From: Spirochaetales bacterium
GTDB lineage: Bacteria; Spirochaetota; Spirochaetia; SZUA-6; RPPD01
Direction: 5' to 3'
DNA length: 64,000 nt
Assembly (NCBI GenBank): GCA_016929065.1
Contig: JAFGJO010000055.1
Coordinates: forward strand, 401 to 64,400
A program made the position numbers and the translations under genes. The notes beneath the pieces are model-generated. The model ran no database searches. It had not been told where the DNA came from and saw nothing but the letters and a program-made list of their open reading frames with translations. Positions 39,091 to 50,093 of the stretch are shown here, piece after piece. The first letter of the stretch is position 1, and every line of letters begins with the position of its first letter.

Positions 39091-42000
39091 ATGAGTCTGA
39101 ATAAAGAAGCGAAAATAACCGTTCTCTCTCTACTGAAGTTTTTTTATGATGAAGAAGTGTTCACTCAATTAATTCGAGAATTTTACAATTCGGACCTTGA
39201 TATAAGCCTTGCCGCAATCCGGTCATCCGGTTCAATCGGAAACGAAATAGCCATCCCTCACCTTTATAAAATCCTTGATAAAGGAAAAATCGAGCAGAAA
39301 ATTGAGGTAATCCGGACTCATGCCAGAATCAGGGCCCCGTCTGTAGTGGTCATGCTGTTGAAGTACTTTACGCTGTTTCAGGAAAAGGAACTCCGGCTCG
39401 AAATTCTGCATGCATTGACCAGCATCAACCCGGATGATATCCAGGTTAAGGATTTATGCCGGACGATCATTCAGGACGGCAGTAATGACATCGAGCTGCG
39501 CGTCGCGGCAAGCGATGCCATTATTGAAACAAAGGATATTGCCTATATCATCAAATCCCTGAAAACCGCGCCCGAAGAAATATTAAAAAACATTTTCAAA
39601 AAGGCGATTTTTTTTGATCAGGAAAAAGCAGCAGAGGTCTTTCAGGAATTTGTTGATGTCTCGAAGAGTTTTTCTCCGGAAACCCTGGGATATTTTCTGG
39701 CCGGGTATCTGGTTCATGTAAAAAACGCTGATTATAAGTACCTGATCAACAAACTCACCAGCCGTTCAAAAAGAACGATCCAGATATTTTTGGAAATACT
39801 GTTTGAATGCAAATGTGATTATATTGCCCCGCTTCGGGTTTTTAAAACACTCCTGATCCTGCCGTATGTGAACCGGGAAAGTGAGTCGTTGACCGGAAAA
39901 AATCTCGAAAAGATTGTCGAGCTCATGCGGAAAGAATCTCCATTTGTTTTAAATGAACTTTCGACAATTACTGTTGCGCATCTTGATACGCTGTTTTCGA
40001 AAATCCGGCGTCAGTTTCTTTCAATGGACGGTGTTTCCCAGCGGGAGGTGCTGTTGTCAATACTGTTTGGTCGGCTTGTGGAGCGGTATGCAACCCCTGC
40101 GTTGCTTGAGGATCTCCTGCGGTATTTCAAGGGGAACAGGGTTGTTCCAGCACAAAAACTGATTGAAATGCTGAAACTTGCTCTGCATCCTGCCTCTGAA
40201 GAAGAAAAAAACCGGCTCAAAGCGTGCATTCAGCTTTTTGATCCGCACAACAAAGCCGCGCAGCTGAAAACCCAATCAGTATTAAGCCAGGTGGATCTGG
40301 AACGTCCTTCCCTTATGCGGCGGCTGAACCGGTTTATCCGTCTCGCCGGGCTTCTTGGCATTAAAACAGTAATCAAAAATATCCAACGGATTCTTGAATT
40401 TGCACGGACCGAACGTATTACCTATCTTGAGGAGACATCGGTGGTGAGTTTGTGCCAGCTGTATGACAAGACAACCCTCGATAAATCGGATGAATATTTT
40501 ATGCGCTGGCGCGAGAAACTGCCCGCATTGAAAGGATATATCCGGGGAATGAGATTCTGCAATCCGCCGATTCTCATGAAGGATATCGCAGAACTGCTGG
40601 TCAAGCCGGAGCTGGACAGTGAAATCCGGCGGCTCTGTCTGGATACGGTTGATAAAACCGATTTCAAGGGAGCAAAAAATATTCTTCCATTTTTCATACA
40701 GCTGCTGTTTGTTGAGGGTACTGAGGACGAAATGAAAGAAGCAGCGGGAAAAATTCTTGCACGCTGGGCCGATATAAGCGTGTTTCAGCAGATGCTTGAC
40801 CTGCTTCAGCACGAGGAAGCCTGTATCCGGGTTGTCGGGCTCCATGTGCTCCGTTTTCTGGCAGAACGCGATCCATCGGTACCGCGTGAAGTTTTGGTAA
40901 ACCGGTGTTATGTCCTGCTTGAGGATACTTCCAGCAAAGTGGTTCGTGAAGCACTGGTGACCCTGATCAGCCTGAATGACGATTATGCAATCCAGGTGCT
41001 GGGTGATTTTTTTCTCCCTGAAAAGCTGGAGGATGTCCCCGCAATTATAGAGCATCTGCCGCGTCCGCTTTCCCGGGACGTTATCTCATTGCTCCTGGGG
41101 AAATTGACCATCAATAATGAAAAGATACAGCTTATGTTTCGTGAAGTTCTGGAAGAGGTCGCTGCGAGTGAATCGTCCGAGGAATTGCGGAATGCATTAC
41201 TGGAAGCGCTGCAGACCGGCTCGAAACAGTCGCATAAGCAGGAACTGGAAGGTGCTCTTGACAAGCATACAAATCTGCTTGAAGAAGCAAAGCTGGAATT
41301 CAAATTCAAACGGGAAAATTCACAGATTCTCACTGTATTTTTTTGCGATATCGTCAGTTACACAGAGAAAAGCTCAATCGTCAATACATCTACACTCATG
41401 AAACTGATCCGTTCATTTGAAGGGATCGTCGGGCCGGTCATCAAAGGATACCGCGGTACAATAGTAAAAACCCTTGGCGACGGAATTCTTGCGGTCTTCA
41501 AGCATCCCCTAAATGCGGTGCTGGGGGCAATCAAGATCCAAAAAGAAATCCAGAAGTATAATCAGTACAAGATTGATGAGGAGAAATTTCAGGTCAGGAT
41601 CGGGCTCAACACCGGGCTGGTGATCCGCAAACAGCATGATATATTCGGGGATGTGGTGAATGTGGCTTCCCGTATGCAGACAGCTGCAAACCCCGGGGAT
41701 ATTCTGCTCACGAATTCGACATATCAGGAAATCAAAAACTTTATAAATTGCACCGAATTGGGGAGAATCAAGGTGAAAGGCAAGGAAGAGGCGATCATTG
41801 CCTATGCGGCCCAGGATGCTAAAGAGAATCTTGCCAATATTTTGAAAACTGCCGGGAAGAAAAAAGAAGTTGCGGTGCCAAAAAAGAAAGAGCAGAACGG
41901 TTCATCGCTGGCCGGGCTTCAGGCAAGCATGTTTGCTCCTTCATTTGATATTCCTGAAAACCTTCAGACAGGAAAATCATTGCTCCAGGAATTGGGCAAT

Positions 42001-42186
42001 CTTTTTCAGGATTTGACGGGAGCGGTTGAAGAAATCGCCAAGGATTATCATGAGGAATACGAGTTTAAAAAATATCTGCAGAGTAAATGGGATGCGTTGA
42101 TAAAAAACTGGGGAAAATATACACGAAAACAAGTGGCTGTGGTCAACGAGATGCTGTTCAAGCAGCGTCAAAGTGTCGGGACATGA
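39091..42186 (+). CDS. HEAT/ARM-repeat regulatory domain fused to a C-terminal class III adenylate/guanylate cyclase
   Basis: C-terminal FCDIVSYT...KTLGDGILAVF...GDVVNVASRM cyclase motifs. About 700-aa helical-repeat N-terminus. Confidence 0.8.
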   Translation: MSLNKEAKITVLSLLKFFYDEEVFTQLIREFYNSDLDISLAAIRSSGSIGNEIAIPHLYKILDKGKIEQKIEVIRTHARIRAPSVVVMLLKYFTLFQEKELRLEILHALTSINPDDIQVKDLCRTIIQDGSNDIELRVAASDAIIETKDIAYIIKSLKTAPEEILKNIFKKAIFFDQEKAAEVFQEFVDVSKSFSPETLGYFLAGYLVHVKNADYKYLINKLTSRSKRTIQIFLEILFECKCDYIAPLRVFKTLLILPYVNRESESLTGKNLEKIVELMRKESPFVLNELSTITVAHLDTLFSKIRRQFLSMDGVSQREVLLSILFGRLVERYATPALLEDLLRYFKGNRVVPAQKLIEMLKLALHPASEEEKNRLKACIQLFDPHNKAAQLKTQSVLSQVDLERPSLMRRLNRFIRLAGLLGIKTVIKNIQRILEFARTERITYLEETSVVSLCQLYDKTTLDKSDEYFMRWREKLPALKGYIRGMRFCNPPILMKDIAELLVKPELDSEIRRLCLDTVDKTDFKGAKNILPFFIQLLFVEGTEDEMKEAAGKILARWADISVFQQMLDLLQHEEACIRVVGLHVLRFLAERDPSVPREVLVNRCYVLLEDTSSKVVREALVTLISLNDDYAIQVLGDFFLPEKLEDVPAIIEHLPRPLSRDVISLLLGKLTINNEKIQLMFREVLEEVAASESSEELRNALLEALQTGSKQSHKQELEGALDKHTNLLEEAKLEFKFKRENSQILTVFFCDIVSYTEKSSIVNTSTLMKLIRSFEGIVGPVIKGYRGTIVKTLGDGILAVFKHPLNAVLGAIKIQKEIQKYNQYKIDEEKFQVRIGLNTGLVIRKQHDIFGDVVNVASRMQTAANPGDILLTNSTYQEIKNFINCTELGRIKVKGKEEAIIAYAAQDAKENLANILKTAGKKKEVAVPKKKEQNGSSLAGLQASMFAPSFDIPENLQTGKSLLQELGNLFQDLTGAVEEIAKDYHEEYEFKKYLQSKWDALIKNWGKYTRKQVAVVNEMLFKQRQSVGT

Positions 42187-42276
42187 CGCCAGCAGATCCG
42201 AAAATCAGGGAATTTGAACCTTTTATTTCACTACAATTTTCTTTATAATAAGGAAAAACAGACAAGGGAGGAATTC

Positions 42277-42975
42277 ATGAAAAAAATAATTGTCATGCTG
42301 CTTTTGCCGATGGTATTTCTGTCATGCATATCAGTAAGCGGATTACAGATCCCCACAACCCGGACAAAACCCGGGCTGGATGAAAGAACGATTATTGCCG
42401 GATTAAAGGAAGCTCTGAATATCGGGACAAAAAATGCAGTAAAGTATGTTTCCCGGACAGACGGGTATTTCAAAAATGTCAGAATTAAAATACCCATGCC
42501 GAAAGAACTGTCTGACGTTGACAAAGTTCTGCGGAGGTTCGGACTTGGAAAGAAGGTTGATGAGTTTGTCGAAACCATGAACCGCGGTGCGGAAAAAGCC
42601 GCACCCGAAGCAGTCGATATTTTTGTGGATGCCATCAGCCAGATGACCGTGAGCGACGGCATCGGAATTTTACGCGGAGCAGATAATGCGGCGACCCGCT
42701 ATTTTGAAAACAAGACCAGAAGCAGACTCTATAATGTTTTTCTGCCCATTGTAAAAAAAGTACTCGACAAGGTGGGTGTCACCAGTTTGTACAAATTTAT
42801 TGTGGAAGCGTATAACAAATTCTCTGGCGGAAAAAGGATATCATTTGATATCGATGCATATGTGACAAACAAGGCGCTTGACGGTCTGTTTATCATGGTC
42901 GGTGATGAGGAAAAAAAGATCAGGAAGGATCCTGCTGCCCGTGTTACAGATTTACTCAGAAAAGTGTTCGGCTAA
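42277..42975 (+). CDS. Hypothetical lipoprotein
   Basis: Internal ATG with MKKIIVMLLLPMVFLSC lipobox. Confidence 0.55.
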   Translation: MKKIIVMLLLPMVFLSCISVSGLQIPTTRTKPGLDERTIIAGLKEALNIGTKNAVKYVSRTDGYFKNVRIKIPMPKELSDVDKVLRRFGLGKKVDEFVETMNRGAEKAAPEAVDIFVDAISQMTVSDGIGILRGADNAATRYFENKTRSRLYNVFLPIVKKVLDKVGVTSLYKFIVEAYNKFSGGKRISFDIDAYVTNKALDGLFIMVGDEEKKIRKDPAARVTDLLRKVFG

Positions 42976-42993
42976 AATATTTTTTTAATAAAT

Positions 42994-43030
42994 CCAGGGG
43001 TTGTCCAGCAAGCAGGCCAGCCCCTTTTTT
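42994..43030 (+). terminator. Probable terminator
   Basis: ggggttg...cagcccc stem followed by T8. Confidence 0.4.
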
Positions 43031-43684
43031 TTATACTGTTTTATCAGGATACCTGCATAGCTGTTTGATTTCGCAGCCGGGACAGTCGGGTTTTCTGGAT
43101 TTGCAGCGGAATCTGCCGTGCCAGTTGACAACATCCGAGAGGATGGTCTGATGCTGTTCCGGTAAAAACGAACGGATATCGGCTTCGAGTTTGTCAGGGT
43201 TGTTTTCCGTTGTAAGCCCAATGCGGAAACTGACCCGTTTGAAGTGGGTGTCCACAATGACCGCCGGCTTTGCAAAGCAGTGGCCGATAATGACATTTGC
43301 TGTTTTTCTCCCAATTCCCGGAAGTGTCACGAGTTTTTCTATTGTGTCGGGAACCTCGCCTTCATGATTTTTTATCAATGCATCGCAGAGTGCGAGAATG
43401 TTTTTCGCCTTGTTTCTGAAAAAACCGGTGGAATGAATGAGTCGTTCAAGTTCTGCCTGAGGGACGGAGGTCATCATTTTGGGTGACGAGGCTCGTAAAA
43501 ACAGGGCAGGGGTTACTGTATTTACCCGCTGGTCGGTACACTGGGCTGCAAGAATTGTCGCAATAAGCAGTTCAAAGCAGTTTTTATACCGCAGAAGGGG
43601 TTTTGCATCCGGATACACATTTTTTAAAATATCAATTACCTGAATAGCCAGCTTTTTTCTTTCGCTGTCTGAAATACTCATCAA
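43031..43684 (-). CDS. nth: Endonuclease III (start possibly downstream; overlaps the polX stop)
   Basis: HhH-GPD plus 4Fe-4S cluster loop C-x6-C-x2-C-x5-C. Confidence 0.85.
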   Translation of the reverse strand: MMSISDSERKKLAIQVIDILKNVYPDAKPLLRYKNCFELLIATILAAQCTDQRVNTVTPALFLRASSPKMMTSVPQAELERLIHSTGFFRNKAKNILALCDALIKNHEGEVPDTIEKLVTLPGIGRKTANVIIGHCFAKPAVIVDTHFKRVSFRIGLTTENNPDKLEADIRSFLPEQHQTILSDVVNWHGRFRCKSRKPDCPGCEIKQLCRYPDKTV

Positions 43685-45398
43685 TTTCCTCTTTCGTTTT
43701 GCAGTTTAAAATATGCCGCGGTTCGCACCATGCCTTGCGCGCCATTGTTATTCCCAACCTGATGTGATCAAGGCCTGATGATTCGTGCAGATCCGGATTA
43801 ATGGAAGTGAGGACGCCAGCTTTGATGGCTTTTTTCATCATCTGCCAGGGAATATCCATGCGGTGCGGATTTGCATTGTGTTCAATAACCACTCCGTACT
43901 GGACGGCAGCCCGAATCACTGCATCCTCATCGTAGCTGTATCCGTCCCGGCGAAGCAATAGCCGGCCTGATGGATGGGCGAGGATAGTCGTGAAAGGATT
44001 CGAAATAGCTGTGATCAATCTTTTCGTGGCTTCATCTTTGGTCATCGTGAATTTTGAATGTACTGCACCGATGACAAAATCGAGCTTTGCCAGGATGCCT
44101 GCGGGGTAATCCAGTGTGCCGTCGGGATGGATATCAGATTCAATCCCCTTGAAAATATGAAACGGGGCGAGTTTTCTGTTGAGCATCTCTATCTCGTCAA
44201 TCTGCAAAAGAAGCCGGTCAACCGATAACCCTCCTGCGTAGGGAGCGCTTTGGGAATGGTCGCTGACGCACATATATGAAAGACCGTTTTTTATACACAA
44301 TTCTGCAAGCTGCAGAAGGGTGAGCTCACCGTCAGAGGCAGTGGTGTGGCAATGGATAAGGCCTTTTATATCCTGATCTGTGACAAGCCGGGGGAACGCC
44401 CCCGATTTTGCATGCTCAATTTCCTCCCCGGCTTCCCGAAGTTCCGGCGGAATAGAGCTGAGCCCGAGATACTGGTAAAACTCCTCTTCAGATTTCGGGT
44501 AGAGCGGGCCGGAAGAATCAAGAATTTCATATTCATTGACCTTTTTTCCCTGTTCCTTCGCAATTCCCCGAATCATTGTATTGTGCTCCTTTGAACCGGT
44601 AAAATACTGAAAGGCACAGGCAAATGACTTTTCTTCAATAACACGAAAATCAATCTGGAGGCCAAGAAACCGCAGTGATGTCTTTGTTTTTCCGCTTCCG
44701 GTGATAACGGGATTGCCGTTTTTGTCTTTGTCGGCAAATGTGACAAGCATATCCTGGATTGTATCAATTGTACTGCCGGCTTTTGAAACAAGCAGAATAT
44801 CCGCGTCCTTCACAATTTCTTTGCCGCGACGAAGGCTGCCGGCTATTTCTATCCGGGAAAAAAGGTGTGAAGCTTCAAGCTGTTTTTTTATCTGCTCTGC
44901 AATGAATAATGCTTGGAAAGAGAGAAACAGTCCTTCGGATTCTTTGTGAAACTGAATTGCTTTCAGGATTTTTTCTTCGGTTTTTGCCCCGAACCCGGCG
45001 AGATCCTGCAGGAGGTGGTTTTGCGCAGCCGCTTCAAGCTGTTCGATGGTGGTGATTTCTTTTTCCTGCCAGACGGAACGGATTTTTTTGGGACCCATCC
45101 CCTGGAGGGAAAGCATCGCAATGAGTCCTTCGGGAATCTGTTTTTTCAGGTTTTGTTCCTCGGTGCAGGTGCCGGTTGCAATCAGTTCGGTGATTGTGTC
45201 GGCAAGTGCTTCTCCAATGCCTCTGAGTTTGGTCAGCCTGCCTTCTGCAGCCAAATCAGAAACTGTTTCAGGCAGGTTTTCTAACATACGCCCGGCATTT
45301 TCAAAAGCGCGAATCTTAAAGGTGTTTTCACCCGCAAGTTGTTTTAAGACAGCGATTTCAGCGAGCTTGTCTGCAATTTCCCTGTTGTCCATGTACAT
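43632..45398 (-). CDS. polX: DNA polymerase X with C-terminal PHP phosphoesterase domain
   Basis: PolX HhH and palm motifs. PHP HCHTTASDG. Confidence 0.85.
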   Translation of the reverse strand: MYMDNREIADKLAEIAVLKQLAGENTFKIRAFENAGRMLENLPETVSDLAAEGRLTKLRGIGEALADTITELIATGTCTEEQNLKKQIPEGLIAMLSLQGMGPKKIRSVWQEKEITTIEQLEAAAQNHLLQDLAGFGAKTEEKILKAIQFHKESEGLFLSFQALFIAEQIKKQLEASHLFSRIEIAGSLRRGKEIVKDADILLVSKAGSTIDTIQDMLVTFADKDKNGNPVITGSGKTKTSLRFLGLQIDFRVIEEKSFACAFQYFTGSKEHNTMIRGIAKEQGKKVNEYEILDSSGPLYPKSEEEFYQYLGLSSIPPELREAGEEIEHAKSGAFPRLVTDQDIKGLIHCHTTASDGELTLLQLAELCIKNGLSYMCVSDHSQSAPYAGGLSVDRLLLQIDEIEMLNRKLAPFHIFKGIESDIHPDGTLDYPAGILAKLDFVIGAVHSKFTMTKDEATKRLITAISNPFTTILAHPSGRLLLRRDGYSYDEDAVIRAAVQYGVVIEHNANPHRMDIPWQMMKKAIKAGVLTSINPDLHESSGLDHIRLGITMARKAWCEPRHILNCKTKEEIDEYFRQRKKKAGYSGN

Positions 45399-45491
45399 TA
45401 ATGCATAAAACTGAAATACAAAAAAGTCAATGGGATAATATACTTTTGATTTTTCACCTGAATCATGGTAGACTGAGAACAGGAGAACATC

Positions 45492-46007
45492 ATGAGGAAG
45501 TTTAATTGTTTACTGATTTCAGTTTTTTTACTTTCAGCTGTGTATTGCTTCGCCGATGAAACTAAAGACCGTCTTGGAATCAAGGGCGAAAAAATATTGT
45601 ACAGTTTCAGGATTTATCATTCAGAGAAAATTATATCGATTGTGGAAACTGCCCGGAAAACTCTCGAATACAGATTTGGCAAACCAGGCGCTGTAGAACT
45701 TGTTTACCCCGCGGTGTATAAAAAAGATGAAACAGTCTTTACGCTTCGCTGGTATATGCGGCCCGGCCTGGGCGGAACAAATATGGGAATGACCCGGCTC
45801 CGGTTTGAGTTTTTCAACAATGGATACAAATACAGAGTATATTTTGATGACTATGACGAGGATAACAGTCAGCAGAGCGGCATAGAAATTTACAATCCCC
45901 AGGGGAAGCAGGTTGCGGATTTAAAGGGTTATGACGTGATCGGGTCGCTGCTGGTTTTAATGGACGATCACCGGGTTAACACGGTTTTAATGCCGGGCGG
46001 CGAGTAG
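45492..46007 (+). CDS. Hypothetical secreted protein
   Basis: Signal peptide. Confidence 0.5.
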   Translation: MRKFNCLLISVFLLSAVYCFADETKDRLGIKGEKILYSFRIYHSEKIISIVETARKTLEYRFGKPGAVELVYPAVYKKDETVFTLRWYMRPGLGGTNMGMTRLRFEFFNNGYKYRVYFDDYDEDNSQQSGIEIYNPQGKQVADLKGYDVIGSLLVLMDDHRVNTVLMPGGE

Positions 46008-46080
46008 GCCAAACGTTTTCATTCGGCTTTCTTGACCAATAGAACCGGGTCTTTGTATACTTGCCCAAGCAGGGGGCTTT

Positions 46081-47331
46081 ATGGATTCCCGGTTCGGCAG
46101 GGCAGGTTTTTTATTTTTCGCGTTTATTTTTCTCTTTACAATAGTCCCCCGCGATATTCCGCACGCTCAGGAAGTTATTCCGGAGACAGGCGCGGAAGAA
46201 TCTGCAGCATCGACGGGCGGGGATATTATTTCACAACTGTTTTCTGTTTTTAATCATCCCCTGTTTACCGACTTTAAAGTACTGCATCTTTTCATCGTCA
46301 TCGTCGCGCTGCTGGCAGCAATGCTGTTCGGAAAAATGGTCTCTGCTTTGTTTAAAGGGTATATCACCCATCTGACGCAGCAGGGCGGCCGCAAAAAGGT
46401 GGTCGGATCGGTGCTGAATGCGTTCCGCCGTCCGGTTGTGGTCCTGTTGTGGGCGGGAATGATTCGTGTGGCCGGAGTTTTTCTGGAACCGCAATATTTG
46501 TCCGCGGTACTGTGGCTGACCGATGTCGGAATAAATTTTGCCGTCCTGTTGGTTATCTATGATTTTGCAGAAGTGCTTGAACAAATCCTCCTGGAACGGG
46601 CAAAACTGCCGGAATCCAGCATTAATGAAAAAATAGTTCCTTTCCTGAAAAAATTCATCCGTGTTGTCGCGGTATTAATCGTGGCGATTCAGGTGTTTCA
46701 GATTGTCTCTGGCCAGAGTGTCACCACCATTATCGCAGGATTCGGGATCGCGGGAATGGCGGTAGCCCTGGGCGCGCAGGACACCATAAAAAATTTATTC
46801 GGGTTTTTGATGATCATGATGGACAAGCCGTTTCAGATCGGGGACGAAATCACCTTTGAAGGCCATGAGGGGAAAGTGGAATCAATTGGCCTGCGCTCCA
46901 TGAAAATGAGGCGGTATGACGGGCATGTGGTAACGATTCCCAACATGCAGGCGGTTGACCGGCCGATTCACAATATCAGCAACCGTCCGAATATCAGAAG
47001 AAAAATAAAAATTGCATTACCTTATAATACAAAACCGGAAAAGATTCAGAAAGCGTTAACAATTTTAAAGGAACTCTTTAATAACCATGAAGGATGCAGG
47101 CCAAAGTTTCCGCCGCGGATCCATTTTACCGAATTGAATGCGGATAATCTCGAGGTTCGGGTACTGTACTGGTATCATCCGGCCAATTACTGGGCGTTCT
47201 GCGAGCATGCTGAAAAAATAAATCTTGCGATACTCACCCGTTTTAACAAAGCCGGTATAGAGTTTGCATTTCCAACACAGACCGTGGTCATCACACCGTC
47301 TGCGACAAAAAAAACGCATAAGAATACATGA
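46081..47331 (+). CDS. Mechanosensitive channel, MscS family
   Basis: Pore-helix pattern GFGIAGMAVALGAQDTIKN plus the beta domain. Confidence 0.8.
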   Translation: MDSRFGRAGFLFFAFIFLFTIVPRDIPHAQEVIPETGAEESAASTGGDIISQLFSVFNHPLFTDFKVLHLFIVIVALLAAMLFGKMVSALFKGYITHLTQQGGRKKVVGSVLNAFRRPVVVLLWAGMIRVAGVFLEPQYLSAVLWLTDVGINFAVLLVIYDFAEVLEQILLERAKLPESSINEKIVPFLKKFIRVVAVLIVAIQVFQIVSGQSVTTIIAGFGIAGMAVALGAQDTIKNLFGFLMIMMDKPFQIGDEITFEGHEGKVESIGLRSMKMRRYDGHVVTIPNMQAVDRPIHNISNRPNIRRKIKIALPYNTKPEKIQKALTILKELFNNHEGCRPKFPPRIHFTELNADNLEVRVLYWYHPANYWAFCEHAEKINLAILTRFNKAGIEFAFPTQTVVITPSATKKTHKNT

Positions 47332-47346
47332 AAATATCAGTATCTG

Positions 47347-48753
47347 TCAGGCTGTCGCCATGTCTCCCCGCGCCGGAACGCTGACATTGCCGAACCCTTT
47401 ATTCTCAAGTTCTTTTTTAAAGCTGAATGCAGCTGTTTCTTCTCCGTGGACAACAAACGCATGCTCGGGGATTTTTTTCCAGTCGGCCATCCAGGAAAGC
47501 ATTTCGTTTTTGTCGGCATGTGCGCTGAAACCGTCAATTTTTTCCACTTTTGCACGGACATGATACTCTTCGCCGAAAATCTTGATGTCTTTTTCTCCTG
47601 TTGAAATGCGCCTGCCAAGTGTGTTTTCTGCCTGGTATCCGACAAAAAGAATGGTATTGTGCTCATTTTCACAGTTGTTCTTTAAATGGTGAAGAATTCT
47701 GCCGGTTTCCGCCATGCCGCTCGCACTGATAATGACCGCTGGTTCTTTCAGGTCATTCAGGCGTTTTGATTCGGCTGCGGTGCGGGTATACTGCATCCGT
47801 TCGAATCCGAACGGGTCATGGGAAGGGCTCTCGTTCATGAGTTGCTGGGTCTCGGTGTCCCATACCTCCGGGTGCAGACGGAATATGCCGGTTGCGTCGC
47901 AGGCCAGCGGGCTGTCGACATAGACCGGTAGTTTTGCCGGCAGCTGTTGGGTATTGATCAGCTGATGGATGCTGTAGACCAGTTCCTGTGTCCTGCCGAC
48001 GGCAAATGACGGGACAATGACTTTGCCGCCCTGGTTGATGGTCTTTAAAATAATGTCTTTGAGCCGGCCTTCCGAGGCGCTGCTTTCCTCGTGCACCCGG
48101 TCGCCATAGGTGCTTTCTATTATAAGAATGTTTGCTCCGTCAATTTTTTCGGGGTCACGGATGATTGGCTTGTTTACCCTGCCCAGATCGCCGGAGAAAA
48201 CGAGCCGTTTCTGTTTTCCTTCATCCTCATCGACAAAATCAAGAACAACAAATGCCGAGCCAAGGATATGGCCGGCATCAAAGAACGTGAGGCTGATGCC
48301 CGGTGCAATTTCTCTTGTCCGGTTATATCCCATTCCCAGAAAGTATTTCAGGCTTTCCACCGCATCATCCATTATATATAAGGGTTTGAATGGAGGGAGG
48401 TTTTTTTCTGCCCTTTTTTTATTGGCATAGATGATATCCTGTTCCTGGATATGCGCGCTGTCGCGAAGCATGATTGAGCACAAATCGCGGGTCGCATAGG
48501 TGCAGATGATATCGCCCCTGAAACCGTTTTTTACCAGACGCGGGATATTGCCGCTGTGGTCGATATGCGCGTGAGAAAGCACGAGGATATCAACCGAAGA
48601 TGCATCGAACGGCGTTTTTTTATTGATTTCATAACTTTCCTCGCGTTTGCCCTGAAACAGCCCGCAGTCAAGCAATATTTTTTTACCGTTGATTACCAGC
48701 AGATGTTGTGTTCCGGTCACTGTCTGCGCTGCGCCATGGAAAAATAGTTTCAT
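47347..48753 (-). CDS. MBL-fold beta-CASP ribonuclease
   Basis: HAHIDHSG motif. beta-CASP and RNA-specificity regions. Confidence 0.8.
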   Translation of the reverse strand: MKLFFHGAAQTVTGTQHLLVINGKKILLDCGLFQGKREESYEINKKTPFDASSVDILVLSHAHIDHSGNIPRLVKNGFRGDIICTYATRDLCSIMLRDSAHIQEQDIIYANKKRAEKNLPPFKPLYIMDDAVESLKYFLGMGYNRTREIAPGISLTFFDAGHILGSAFVVLDFVDEDEGKQKRLVFSGDLGRVNKPIIRDPEKIDGANILIIESTYGDRVHEESSASEGRLKDIILKTINQGGKVIVPSFAVGRTQELVYSIHQLINTQQLPAKLPVYVDSPLACDATGIFRLHPEVWDTETQQLMNESPSHDPFGFERMQYTRTAAESKRLNDLKEPAVIISASGMAETGRILHHLKNNCENEHNTILFVGYQAENTLGRRISTGEKDIKIFGEEYHVRAKVEKIDGFSAHADKNEMLSWMADWKKIPEHAFVVHGEETAAFSFKKELENKGFGNVSVPARGDMATA

Positions 48754-48949
48754 GAAAGGCTCCTTGTTGTAATATTTACCCGGGTATAATTTCCGATTGT
48801 CAATCATGGTACCCTGTACTTTATTATAATGATAATATTATAATTTTCTATCAATTATTATCTTTTTTTCCCATTGTTATTGCATAATTATACGTAAATA
48901 ATGTATATTTATACAGTTAAAATACAGCAGCTGGATAAAGGACAGTGAT

Positions 48950-49903
48950 ATGAAATATACGGTATTTGTTGACGGGCATGAGGGAACAACGGGCCTTGAA
49001 ATTCTGGACAGGCTCAACACGCATCCGTCGGTTGAACTGTTGATGATTGACGCAGAAAAACGAAAAGATCCCAATGAGCGGAAAAAATATTTAAATGAAG
49101 CGCATTTGTCATTTTTATGCCTTCCGGACGATGCTGCACGGGAATCAGTGAGCCTGGTAATCAATCCGGAAAGCAAAATAATTGACGCAAGTACCGCTCA
49201 CCGGATTCATCCTGACTGGGTTTACGGCATGCCCGAGCTTTCACTATTGCAGCGGAGCAGACTGCAAAGTTCAAAGCGCACCTCTGTCCCCGGCTGTCAT
49301 TCCAGTGCGTTTCTGCTTCCGCTCGCTCCCTTGGTCGCCGCGAATATTGTGCCAGCCGATTACCCGATTACCGCACAATCCCTTACCGGGTATTCCGGCG
49401 GCGGGAAAAAGCTGATTGCCGAATATGAACAGACCGGAAACGGGACAGAGTACCTGAAAAGCCCCCGGCCGTATGCCCTTTCCCTGAATCACAAACATCT
49501 TCCCGAGATGCAGCACCATGCAGGGCTTTCCGGTCCGCCGCTGTTTATGCCGGTACTGGGAAATTATTATAAAGGACTGGCTGTCGCGATACCGCTGTTT
49601 TGCGGTCTTCTTCCCAATAGGACATCTGCAATGGACATCCATGGTTTTTTAAGTGATTTTTACCATGATGCCGTGTTTGTCGATGTTATGCCGTTTGCAG
49701 GCGAAGGGCATTTGATCAACAATGGTTTTCATGTGACCGGCTGTATCAACACAAACAAAGCCGAAATATTTGTATTTGGCAATGACGCACAGGTACTGAT
49801 CCTCACCCGGATTGACAATCTGGGCAAGGGTGCCTCCGGTGCAGCGGTACAATGCATGAATATCATGTTTGGGATTGATGAAACAACCGGCCTGATTGTC
49901 TGA
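48950..49903 (+). CDS. argC: N-acetyl-gamma-glutamyl-phosphate reductase, short type 2
   Basis: GTTGLEIL N-terminus. Active-site PGCHSSA. Confidence 0.85.
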   Translation: MKYTVFVDGHEGTTGLEILDRLNTHPSVELLMIDAEKRKDPNERKKYLNEAHLSFLCLPDDAARESVSLVINPESKIIDASTAHRIHPDWVYGMPELSLLQRSRLQSSKRTSVPGCHSSAFLLPLAPLVAANIVPADYPITAQSLTGYSGGGKKLIAEYEQTGNGTEYLKSPRPYALSLNHKHLPEMQHHAGLSGPPLFMPVLGNYYKGLAVAIPLFCGLLPNRTSAMDIHGFLSDFYHDAVFVDVMPFAGEGHLINNGFHVTGCINTNKAEIFVFGNDAQVLILTRIDNLGKGASGAAVQCMNIMFGIDETTGLIV

Positions 49904-49922
49904 TGTGCCCGGCACGGAGGAA

Positions 49923-50093
49923 ATGATGTTCAATAACATCCGATGCCCGTTTTGCTCCGCCCCCGTTGAACAGTTTCTTCCAAAAAAAACAGGATCATTT
50001 AAAATCCAGTGTGAAACCTGTCACAGAACCTTCCTGTTGATCGTTGGAAAGATTTGGGGTTTTTTTTCTGTTAAAAAAACGAAAATACTGTAA
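49923..50093 (+). CDS. Small zinc-ribbon protein (CxxC...CxxC)
   Basis: GGAGG RBS. CPFC and CETCH pairs. Confidence 0.4.
   Translation: MMFNNIRCPFCSAPVEQFLPKKTGSFKIQCETCHRTFLLIVGKIWGFFSVKKTKIL

Noticed and set aside
40282-41055. 257-aa minus-strand ORF
   Set aside because: Inside the 1031-aa HEAT-cyclase gene, which has clear cyclase motifs in the plus frame.
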